The translations under genes were made by a program, and so were the position numbers. The notes below the pieces were generated by a model. The model had not been told where the DNA came from and searched no databases. It saw only the letters and a program-made list of their open reading frames with translations. A DNA stretch of 64,000 bases, from assembly GCA_964016885.1 (NCBI GenBank), contig OZ024741.1, positions 143,220,001-143,284,000 of the forward strand, written 5' to 3'. This document shows positions 10,646-20,731 of this stretch, piece by piece; within the stretch, counting starts at the first letter, position 1; every line of letters begins with the position of its first letter. Source of the stretch: Eledone cirrhosa. Lineage: Eukaryota.

Positions 10646-13600
10646 GCACTCCTCCTTGTTTCGGCCGAGGATGGCTAACATACCCCCCCCCCCCCGCGCC
10701 CCACCGCTCCCACCCTCCAAACGCAATCCAAAACTTCAGAGTTGGTACCATGAATGTAGGCACCTTAAAGGGTCGCTCTAACGAGGTTGTAGAAATGCTT
10801 GAACGTAAGGAGGTCGATGTTTGTTGTATTCAAGAGACCAGGTGGAGGGGAGGGTCTGCTAGATTCATCGTGGGTAAAGAACGATGCTATAAGCTTTTCT
10901 GGGTGGGAAATGACAATGGGCTGGGTGGGGTAGGAATCATGGTACCAGAAAAGTGGGCAGATAAGATAATAGACGTAAATAGAGTGAACGACAGAATAAT
11001 TATAATAAGACTTGTCCTCAATAAAACTACGGTGACAGTAATATCTGCGTACGCACCCCAATCCGGACTGCTCGGCGCTATAAAAGACAGATTCTATGAG
11101 ACACTGATGCTCGCTACCTCCCAAATAACCGACAGTGACTATATAATTATTGCAGGCGACCTAAATGGTCACATTGGACAACATTGTGACGGCTATGACG
11201 GAATCCATGGAGGCTATGGGTTCGGTACTAGAAATGAGGAAGGCTCCAGAATCCTGGAATTCTGTGACGCAAATAACTTAACTATCTGTAACACTAACTT
11301 CAAAAAACGAGACAATCACTTGATCACCTATAGATCGGGGGAACACACAAGCCAGGTAGATTATATCCTTACCAGAAGACGTGATAGAGTGTCTGTTGTT
11401 AACACTAAATCCCTCCCCCATGAAGAATTCACCTCCCAACATAGACTGATAATTAGCGACCTCATAGTCAGGACGAGACGTACTAGACAGCGGAAGAGGA
11501 CTATCTTCAGGAGAAAAATATGGAAGCTAAAGGACCCCATAGCCAGAAATAAATTTCAAAGCATATTACTTGATGCTTTCGACAGTAAGGAAGAGCAATT
11601 AGAGTCGTATAATATAGAGGAACAGTGGGAATTCCTGAAAGCAAACCTGCTGACGGCGGCAGACAAAGTCTGTGGCTGGAGCAGGCCTGTAGGTAGGAGG
11701 AGAGTAACATGGTGGTGGAACAGTAAGGTGGAGGAGTCAATTAAGGCCAAACAGCAGGCTTGGAAAGTATGGCGGGATGGGGGAAGTAGAGAAGACTATC
11801 AAGTGGCCAGGAGGGAAGCTAGGAGACAAGTGTACTTCGCAAGAAGGGAAGCAGAGGAAAGAAAGTTCAAGCATGTTCTACAACGTGAGGACCAAAAACG
11901 TGAGGTGTTCAGGATTGCTAGGCAATGTGTCAAGGAAAACCGTGATATTGTCGGGGAGAAGTGTGTACTTAACGATGATGGCATACTTGCCATCACCGAC
12001 GCTGATAAGAAGGTAGCTTGGAAGTGTCACTACGAAAGGCTTCTAAATGAGGAGAATAAATGGGAGAAAGACAGTCTCCCCCACATCGACCCAATAGAGG
12101 GACCAGCAGTGTTAGTCGAGGGTAGTACAATAAGTAAGGCAATCAAAGATATGAAGACGGGTAAGGCGGCTGGGCCTTCGGAAATAGTTGCTGAGATGCT
12201 GAAGGCATCTGGTTCGGTGGGACACACCATGGTCACCCGGATAGTTAACCAAGTCGTACAGAATGGGGTTGTTCCGAAGGACTGGCGTAGCAGCATCATC
12301 GTTAACTGCTATAAGGGAAAAGGAGATGCCCTAGATAGGAGTAACTATAGAGGCATTAAATTAATCGACCAGGTCATGAAGGTCACGGAAAAAGTAATAG
12401 CGCAACTAATCAGAGAGAGAATTGATCTAGATGAAATGCAGTTCGGGTTTGTGTCAGGCAAAAGTACCACAGACGCTCTTTTCATTGTACGACAACTACA
12501 GGAGAAGTACCTAGCTAAAAGTAAGCCCCTATACTTAGCTTTTGTCGACTTGGAGAAAGCCTTCGACAGAGTCCCCCGTTTCATTATCTGGTGGGCTCTT
12601 AGAAAACTAGGTGTTGACGAATGGCTTGTGAGAGCTATACAAGCCATGTATAAAGAAACAGTCAGTAAGGTTAGAATTAACAACGAATATAGTGAAGAGT
12701 TTAGCGTAAAAGTTGGTGTCCATCAGGGCTCTGTTCTTAGCCCCCTACTATTTATTATTGCCCTTCAGGCTATAACAGAGGAGTTCAAGACCGGCTGCCC
12801 ATGGGAACTCCTATACGCAGATGATCTAACGCTCATAGCTGAATCAATGACCGAACTAGAGAACAAATTCCAAACATGGAAGCACGGCCTAGAATCAAAA
12901 GGCCTTAAAATTAACCTGGCTAAGACTAAAGTTCTAGTTTGTAGGAAAGAAAATAAGGCGGCGGTCCCTTCCGGGAAATGGCCATGCTCAGTGTGTAGGA
13001 AAGGCATAGGTAGAAACTCCATTTTATGTCCCAAATGCAAAGTATGGGTGCATAAAAGATGTAGTGGGATCACAGGTAAGCTAACTAAGGACATAGATTT
13101 TACATGTGGCCGGTGCTCTGGTGCAATAAGTAGCAGCAAGTGCCCACTAAATACTAGCTCTTTCAATTGCGCAGAGGGTTCTATAGAAATAGTGGACAGC
13201 TTCCGTTACCTGGGTGACAAAATCAGCAGTGGGGGAGGGTGCTCTGAAAGTACAGTAGCTAGAGTCAGAACTGGATGGAAAAAGTTCAGAGAGCTTATAC
13301 CACTATTAGCCGCTAGAGGGTTCTCCCTAAAAATGAAAGGCAGGTTATACAATGCCTGCATACGAACAGCAATGCTGCATGGCAGTGAGACCTGGGCATT
13401 GTGTGCAGAGGATATACGCAGACTAGAGAGGAACGAAGCTTGCATGCTCCGCTGGATGTGCAATAGTAATATATGTGAACAGCAAAGCATAAACGAACTA
13501 AGGAAAAAATTAGAAATAAGAGGGATCAGATGTTGTTTACTCGAGAGAAGGCTACGTTGGTACGGTCATGTGATGCGCATGAAAGACGACAGCTGTATAA

Positions 13601-14281
13601 CAAAGTGCAGGGCAATAAAGATAGACGGTAGCCACCGAGTAGGCAGACCCAGAAAAACCTGGGACGACATGATAAATTCCGACCTCACACGCTTACACCT
13701 CTCCAAGACAATGTCACTGGACCGAGACCTTTGGCGGTACTCAGTAATAGAGAAGACCCGCCTTACCTAAATACAAAGTAAAAACCTACTACAGTCAGTA
13801 GGCATCTCTATCAAAACACACCCCCGTCCCACCACCTCCACCCCATCCACACCGCCCCTTTCAATGTAAAGTTATGTTGGTCCCACAACATCCAGGCCAA
13901 AACAAATGAGATCGTGTAGGTGTCACGACAAAAAAACACACAGTCCACGCTGTAAATGTGGCCGTGTAGGCAACACGGTAAAAACCTCCCAGCCCCACAC
14001 TGTAAATATGGTTGGTGTTAGGAAGGGCATCCAGCTGTAGAAAACCCGCCAGACAGTCCACGCTGTAATGTGGCCGTGTAGGTAACACGGTAAAAACCTC
14101 CCAGCCCCACACTGTAAATGTGGTTGGTGTTAGGAAGGGCATCCAGCTGTAGAAAACCTGCCAGACAGTCCTATGCGAGCAAGACAACCACTCTTGCCTC
14201 AAGTGGGAAAACCCCCGTCTAAACCCATGCAAGCGTGGAACACGGACGCTAAACCTGATGATGATGATGATGATGATGATG
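10646..14281 (+). mobile_element. Near full-length RTE-clade LINE in INPP1 intron 1
   Basis: Single long ORF (APE endonuclease plus RT), about 500-nt 3' UTR and a (GAT)n tail. The 5' end abuts a (TA)n tract. Confidence 0.95.
10750..13770 (+). CDS. RTE ORF: APE endonuclease, reverse transcriptase and inserted PHD finger (1006 aa, uninterrupted)
   Basis: APE motifs (NVGTL, IQET, SAYAP, AGDLNGH, SQVDY, SQHRL). RT motifs (QFGF, FVDLEKAFD, GVHQGSVLSP, YADD at 12814-12825, FRYLG). RTE C-terminus RLRWYGHVMR...GRPRKTW. Confidence 0.96.
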   Translation: MNVGTLKGRSNEVVEMLERKEVDVCCIQETRWRGGSARFIVGKERCYKLFWVGNDNGLGGVGIMVPEKWADKIIDVNRVNDRIIIIRLVLNKTTVTVISAYAPQSGLLGAIKDRFYETLMLATSQITDSDYIIIAGDLNGHIGQHCDGYDGIHGGYGFGTRNEEGSRILEFCDANNLTICNTNFKKRDNHLITYRSGEHTSQVDYILTRRRDRVSVVNTKSLPHEEFTSQHRLIISDLIVRTRRTRQRKRTIFRRKIWKLKDPIARNKFQSILLDAFDSKEEQLESYNIEEQWEFLKANLLTAADKVCGWSRPVGRRRVTWWWNSKVEESIKAKQQAWKVWRDGGSREDYQVARREARRQVYFARREAEERKFKHVLQREDQKREVFRIARQCVKENRDIVGEKCVLNDDGILAITDADKKVAWKCHYERLLNEENKWEKDSLPHIDPIEGPAVLVEGSTISKAIKDMKTGKAAGPSEIVAEMLKASGSVGHTMVTRIVNQVVQNGVVPKDWRSSIIVNCYKGKGDALDRSNYRGIKLIDQVMKVTEKVIAQLIRERIDLDEMQFGFVSGKSTTDALFIVRQLQEKYLAKSKPLYLAFVDLEKAFDRVPRFIIWWALRKLGVDEWLVRAIQAMYKETVSKVRINNEYSEEFSVKVGVHQGSVLSPLLFIIALQAITEEFKTGCPWELLYADDLTLIAESMTELENKFQTWKHGLESKGLKINLAKTKVLVCRKENKAAVPSGKWPCSVCRKGIGRNSILCPKCKVWVHKRCSGITGKLTKDIDFTCGRCSGAISSSKCPLNTSSFNCAEGSIEIVDSFRYLGDKISSGGGCSESTVARVRTGWKKFRELIPLLAARGFSLKMKGRLYNACIRTAMLHGSETWALCAEDIRRLERNEACMLRWMCNSNICEQQSINELRKKLEIRGIRCCLLERRLRWYGHVMRMKDDSCITKCRAIKIDGSHRVGRPRKTWDDMINSDLTRLHLSKTMSLDRDLWRYSVIEKTRLT

Positions 14282-14522
14282 TATGAACTATGTATAACTA
14301 ATGTTAACACTATGGTTACATAATTGTATTTAGTGCATAATATGTTATTCCGTGACACCATTATACAGCTGTTAGGCAATCATTACAACAGCAACTGGCA
14401 CCATCATCACTTCCTCCATTAGTGCCACTACCACAGAAGGATTTGAAAAAAATAACAATTTTGATAAACACCTACTTCAATCCTATCAGCACCAGCGCCA
14501 CCATTGACTTTGTGATAGCCAG

Positions 14523-14795
14523 AATAATTATAATAATAGTAATAATTGTTTCTACTTTTGGCACAAGACCAGCAATTACCCTGTACATTACTGGTACTTT
14601 ATTTTATTGACCCCGTAAGGATGAAAGGCAAAGTTAACGTCGGCGGGATTTGAATATAATAATAGTAATAATTGTTTCTACTTTTGGCACAAGGCCAACA
14701 ATAATCCAGTATATTACTGGTACTTTTTATTTTATCGACCCCACAAGGATGTAAGGCAACGTTAACCTCGACGGGATTTGAACTCAGACCGTAAA
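14523..14795 (-). mobile_element. Tandem pair of 5'-truncated SINEs (126-bp period)
   Basis: AATAATTGTTTCTAC recurs at 14541 and 14667, each followed by the SINE core. Confidence 0.85.
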
Positions 14796-14849
14796 GTAAT
14801 AATGTTAGTGGTAATGATGCAAATCAATAGGGAAATAATTAATAGAAAC

Positions 14850-16125
14850 CATCAAGACAGAATTCTGAGGAGGAAATAATAGACAGACATTACCATAAGC
14901 ACAGTTGATAGGAAGGATCAAGTGGCCAAAGTACCAAACTGGAAAGCTCCTGGTCCAGATGGGAGCCATAGCTTTTGGATGCAATGTAGTTCATGAAAGA
15001 CTGGCAACTCAAATGAATGTGCCCAGAGAGATGCAGTTCTTTCTTGGATGGATAGTAACAAGAATAACAATGCTTATAATAAAAGATAGAAATAAAGGGA
15101 ATGCTGCGAAAAACTACCATTCTAGAGCATGTTGGAACATGATATGGTAGGTACTTACTAGAATATTTTCGGAGAAGGCATATACTTTTCTTTTTCAGGA
15201 AGGAACATTACCAAGGGAACAAAAAGAATGTAGAATATCTCAGGAAAACAAAGAAGAAACAACAACTGAAATTGTGAAAAACAAAATCTAAATTGAAATT
15301 AGACCTTCAGAATGACATGTTAAAATGATAGCAAGAAAAACCCCTACATAGCCAATACCTGAAAAAGCTGAATAGAGAGGAAGTAGACAGGCAAAACTCA
15401 CAAAACTGGCTACCAAGCCGAGGCGGAAAGACTTCTAATTGTACATAATGAAGAAGAACACAATAAGTAACTGCAGAATATGTTAGAGGTGGGGAAGAAA
15501 CAATTAGCCACATTATCTCTAGCTACCCAGTCTTTGCCAAAAAGGAATATGTTCACAGACATGATAGAGTTGGTATTTACATACACTGGAAGTTATACCA
15601 ACATTATGAAATACCAACAGAAAAAAGATGGTACAGACACACACCAGAAAAGGTGTTGGAGAATGACAAAGCAACCATTTTGGGAGATATGCCAATTCAT
15701 ACAGTCACAGAGATCAAAGCCAACCAACCAACCAAATATTATAGTGAAAGACCACAAAGAAAAAAATGTCTTCTAATTGATGTATCAATTCCCACAGACA
15801 ACAATAGATCTACAAAGGAAATGGAGAAACTATCCAAATATAAAGATCTAGTGATAGAAATAACCTGAATGTGGATGATGAAAATACCTGTAGTAATAGG
15901 TGCTCTGGGAATGATAAAAAAACACAGACAGATACATAACCCAAACCCCAGGACTTACAAATATATACAGCATACAAAAGATATCACTACTAGGCACTGC
16001 ACATATATTACGAAGAGTGCTCTCAATACAATAGAAACAACACCGGCAAAAACCACACTGCACATACCCAGTAATAATGCTGCACTCAGTAATGCAGTGA
16101 TGATGCACAAAAAAATAAGTCTAAT
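14850..16125 (+). mobile_element. Decayed, internally deleted R4/Dong-like non-LTR element (restriction-like endonuclease)
   Basis: NWKAPGPDG, RHDRVG, EKVLENDKATIL, CLLIDVSIP...EKLSKYKDL, IPVVIGALG spread across frameshifts. Confidence 0.8.
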
Positions 16126-16350
16126 AATAATAATTGTTTCTACTCTAGGCACAAGGCCAGCAATTTGAAGGGACAGGGAAAGTTGATTAAATCAATCCCA
16201 GTACTCACTGGTGCTTTATTTTATCAACCCGTAAGGATGAAAGGCAAAGCTAACCTCAGCAAGATTTGAACTCAGAGCGTAAAGGGCTGTAACTCTATGC
16301 TGCAAAGCATGCTGTTCGACCCCCTACTGATACTGCCAATCCACCACTCT
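16123..16350 (-). mobile_element. tRNA-derived SINE, full length
   Basis: Head, core and (ATT)n tail all present. Confidence 0.85.
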
Positions 16351-16919
16351 AATAATAATAATAAAAATAATAAATTCCTCATTCATTCATCAAAGTAATG
16401 TAAACACTTGTTTTTCTCTCCAACTATGTCTATCATTCTACATTACTTCTCAGGTCAAACAACTTGTTTCCTCCAGACTACATTTTCTGTTTCTCTTCTG
16501 TCATCTCCCTTTTCCTCTCCCCCACCCCTCACATCACCATAGCCATGTAGACCAACCAAAACACTGCAGCACAAATATGTTGTAACTGTCAACTCAATAT
16601 CTATCGCAATAACCACTACTACTTCTACTACTACTATTGTCTATGGGCCTGATGGTTTTCTGTAAGGCAAATGGAATACAAAGTTGGAGCATTCCTAAAG
16701 ATAAATATGAACCAACCAACCTCTTCTGGATGATCACACAAATGCTCTTCTTTATTTCAGACATGAAAAACCAACACCAGCTCATCTCTCACACCTCCTA
16801 CCAAATTTTCACATTGTTCCTCCCTCTCTTCCAGTAAACTCCATAACTTTAGAGCTGACATGATGAAAGGAAGATCTGGAGAGATTGCAGAGATGCTTAA
16901 ACAAAAGAAAATTGATGTG

Positions 16920-17225
16920 CCTCGGGATTTAAAGTGGGAACTGAAAAGGATTTGGGACTGTCATAAGATCAAGGTTGTCCTCATCGTCATAGGAGCACTA
17001 GGTACTATCACAAAGAGCTTCCAAGGTTGGTTAAAGAACATTAGATCAGTCCCCTTTATTGGAACACTCCAGAAGACATGCCTACTGGAAACAGAAAGGA
17101 CCCTCCAATACGTTCTGAATATCTGAGGCTGTAGGTAGTGGCTTGATGTTCATCAGGACACATTTTCCGGTTAAATAACATCAATGACTGAGATATCATA
17201 ATATTAATAATAATAATAATAAAGA
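16920..17225 (+). mobile_element. 3' end of an R4-like element
   Basis: DLKWELKRIW...VIGALGTI...LQKTCLLET* followed by a (TAA)n tail. Confidence 0.75.
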
Positions 17226-17426
17226 GCAATAAAAAAAAAACTGTTATTAGGTACATGATAATACAATACAAAAAAAAATTTAAATAAAAATAAAATAAAA
17301 TAGTGTTATATTCACACAATGCAATGGAGACAGATAGGATGATGGTTAGTTAGAATTATTTTAGAGTTATTTAAAAGTATGGATTAAACTTATAGTCTAA
17401 AAAAATAATTTTATGTATTAATTTAA

Positions 17427-17645
17427 CTCTTTATCATTTACATTACTCTATATTTACTATTATATTTTCATGGCAAATGCTTTACCTCATAATTATCTCA
17501 CATAATATCAAATTTATGAGATTTTGATGTTATTTATTTTGAGAACAATACCTTAACATCAGTATGAGTGGCCAGTTATGGCTGGTTTGAGCAAAAAGAG
17601 GTGAGAAAATTCTGGCAGGATACAGCCGGTTTAAATGCTAAAGGG
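17427..17645. mobile_element. piggyBac-like MITE
   Basis: TTAA TSDs. TIRs CTCTTTATCATTTA and TAAATGCTAAAGGG. Confidence 0.7.
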
Positions 17646-17769
17646 TTAAGCCAAATTATAGTGTTGGGGGAAATTACAAATATATAGAAATTACAAATAT
17701 ATATTCACATGCAGCAGCTGTGCTGAAACAGCAAGCAAACAGCCACAGGAAACAAGTACCACCAATCTC

Positions 17770-18690
17770 TGGGAGGGCCCTGTAGAAACAGTAGACAGCT
17801 TCTGCTACCTAGGTGACCGAATTAGCAACGGAGGTGGGTGCTCAGAAAGTACAATAACTAGGGTAAGAACGGGATGGAAGAAGTTTAGGGAACTACTACC
17901 ACTGCTAGCTGCAAAAGGCTTCTCCCTCAGAATGAAAGGCAGACTGTATGATGCGTGTATCCGAACAGCGATGTTGCATGGTAGTGAGACCTGGGCGCTG
18001 AAGGTGGAAGACTTACGTAGATTAGAGAGAAACGAAGCCTGCATGCTCCGATGGATGTGTAACAGTAATATACGTGAACGACAAAGCATAAATGAATTGA
18101 GAGAGAGACTGAGCATAAGAGGAATCAAATGCTGCGTGCAGGAGAGGCGGTTACGCTGGTATGGACATGTGATGCGTATGAAGGATGACAGCTGCATAAA
18201 AAGGTGCAGAGCACTAGAAGTTGATGGAAACCGCGGAGTGGGGAGACCCAAGATGACTTGGGATGAGGTGATAAAAGCCGACCTTACCCAACTACACCTC
18301 TCAAAGTCAATGACACACGACCGTGACTTCTGGCGTCACGCAGTAATACAGGGTACCCGACCTCCCATGGGTACATGCTGAAGCATATAAACAATATGCC
18401 CCCCCCCCCCCCCCCACCGCAAGGTGGTCGTGGAGGTGCCACGGCAAAAAAGCACCCAGCCCACACTGTAAAGTGGACGTGTAGGCGCCACGAAAAAGCA
18501 CCCAGCACTCACTGTAAATGAGGTTGGTGTTAGGAAGGGCATCCAGCTGTAGAAATCAAGCCAGATCAGTTCCTGTATGAGCAAGGCATGGTCAGCCGAC
18601 CAGACACTGCCCACAACAGGACAACCCGTCTAACCCATGCTAGCGTGGAAGAACGGACGTAAAACGGTGATGATGATGATGATGATGATA
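17770..18690 (+). mobile_element. 5'-truncated RTE copy
   Basis: ORF 17932-18381 is a close paralogue of the intact RTE C-terminus. 3' UTR and (GAT)n tail present. Confidence 0.92.
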
Positions 18691-19068
18691 GAGGGTCTTA
18701 AAGTGTAAATGGGAAATACATATAGGATATGAAAGCATGGATATAAAGTGTGCTTAACTAAGAAGAGCGATAGTTTGTGGAAAACCAAAAGAATAACTAT
18801 GTAAAACATAATAAAATTAAATAAAAGTAAATCAATAAAATATAAAGGATAGAATAAGATAATACAAAGTAAGTATTGTAAAATGTTTAAAATGTAAAAA
18901 AACAAAATAGTAATCTCCCATTCCCTTGTTTTAAGGGTGGTAGTGTTCCGATTTGCGTCCAAGAGGCTGAAATTGGTAAGGAACAAAAACCAACATTTGT
19001 CTGTTTTAGGTTTGAAACATGTTCTTAGTGAGCTGTTACTAATCTCTAATTTATATATTTCTGTCTAG

Positions 19069-19186
19069 TTCCCTGGACTTGGTAAAAACCTGTACGGTGA
19101 AGAAAGCAATAAATTTACAAACGCTTTGGGTGAAACGATCTGTGTAACTTTACAGCCAGGACAAACAAAGAACGTGGAACTACTAG
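19069..19186 (+). CDS. INPP1: INPP1 coding exon 2
   Basis: tctag|TTC CCT GGA... translates FPGLGKNLYGEESNKFTNALGETICVTLQPGQTKNVELL, with the metal-binding GEES motif. Donor GTAAGC. 118 nt, phase 0 to 1. Absent from the ORF track. Confidence 0.95.
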
Positions 19187-19283
19187 GTAAGCAAAATAAA
19201 GTAAATAAATAACACTGAGATTTGGTGTGAAGTGGGTTAATCTATGCAACCAGGATCAGGCTTCAAAAATAGTTCAAGAAAGC

Positions 19284-19700
19284 TACTGCTGCTGCTTCTT
19301 CTTCTTCTCCTCCTCCTCCCACTTATTCCTCGGAGAGTCATGGAGACAGAGTCCTAAAAGATGCCTTTCAGCAAGTTCTGTCAGAAACAACTGTCTCTAA
19401 TTGATTCAGCTGGGTCACCAATCAAGACCATCTAAGGCTCATGGATGTTATCCAACCATCTTGCTCAGTGTCTACACTTGGGTTTCCTGCCATTTGATTT
19501 TGCCTGTAAAATCTGTTCCTAAATGACAACGACAACGATGATGATGATGATTATATGTATATATTATATTATATATATATATATAGTCTTTCCTGAAACA
19601 TTCTAACCAAATGCCTGTAATATCGGAGCTGTGATCTCTCAATTCAGAGAAGTAGCGACTCTACCTAGAGTAACTCTCTGATCTCCGAACTACGTACTCT
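19284..19700 (-). mobile_element. Composite non-autonomous RTE-derived retroposon
   Basis: 15-bp TSD ATAGTTCAAGAAAGC at 19269-19283 and 19701-19715. Sister copy near 61020-61510. Confidence 0.8.
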
Positions 19701-20731
19701 ATAGTTCAAGAAAGCACCTGATGCTGCTGCTTATTCTGCTCCTCCTCCTTCTTCACCATCATCATCCGTCCATTTTCTATGCTTGCATCATTTAGATGGG
19801 TTTTCACATTATGAGACTAAACGAGCCAGGTGACTGGAACTTGCTCATATGCTCCTTCTTTTAGGCTTGTTTTTCTATGGCTAGATGCTCTTCCCAATAC
19901 CAACCACTTTACAGAGTGCATTGGGAATTTTTATCAAGGCACCAGAACTGGGTGTTTATCATCGTTGTCACCAGCACTGCCACATTATAGGGTGGTCTTG
20001 GTGCTTTTTATCGTGGAATCTACACTACAATCATATACCATAAATGTGTTTTTGAAAACTCAGACTCAGTGTTTGCCATGTATTGAGATACCAGAGGCTG
20101 TCAGAATGTTCTTAGTGTGACCTGGGGCTCATATATCGAAGATTTCATGCAGTATTCTTAAGCTAGTTTATATTTGGCCCCTTTTCACCCTCTTTTCTGA
20201 TTTTCTGATCAGTTTTTGATGGTTGGATCACAGGAAGTGATGTCCACCAGTTTTTGATCCTACAATTGTGTTTTTGTGTTTCAATCTGCCTGAGAACTTG
20301 TGGGAATGAATTAGGGATAATGCAGGCTCCTGGCCCATCTTATAAGTCAGAAGCACTATTTTAATACTGATTTGAATTGTAACAACCCGTCAAACCCTTG
20401 GCAGCTGGCAAAATGAATGTTAAATGATGATGATGTGCCTTCTTTCAGTGCCTTTGTGGTAAATAAAGATATTAATATTGTTATTATTATTATTATTATT
20501 GGCAACCTACGTAGGAAATTGTATTATTGTGAGCTCCACAAAGGTTTTTTTTTTCAGTTGTTTCAAATTGCCAGTTATGGAAAAATTTTGTTAAGTGTTT
20601 ATAAGCTCATATATATTGCTTTCTAAAAAGCAATATATATGAGCTTTATATATATAATATATTGGGGCCTTGAGCCCAAAATTTAAACTTTATTTTATCT
20701 AACAAACATTTCTTTTAAAAAAAAAAAAAAC

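Noticed and set aside
10765-13490. Numerous antisense ORFs over the RTE (also 32951-33595)
   Set aside because: Shadow ORFs of the LINE coding strand with no recognisable motifs.
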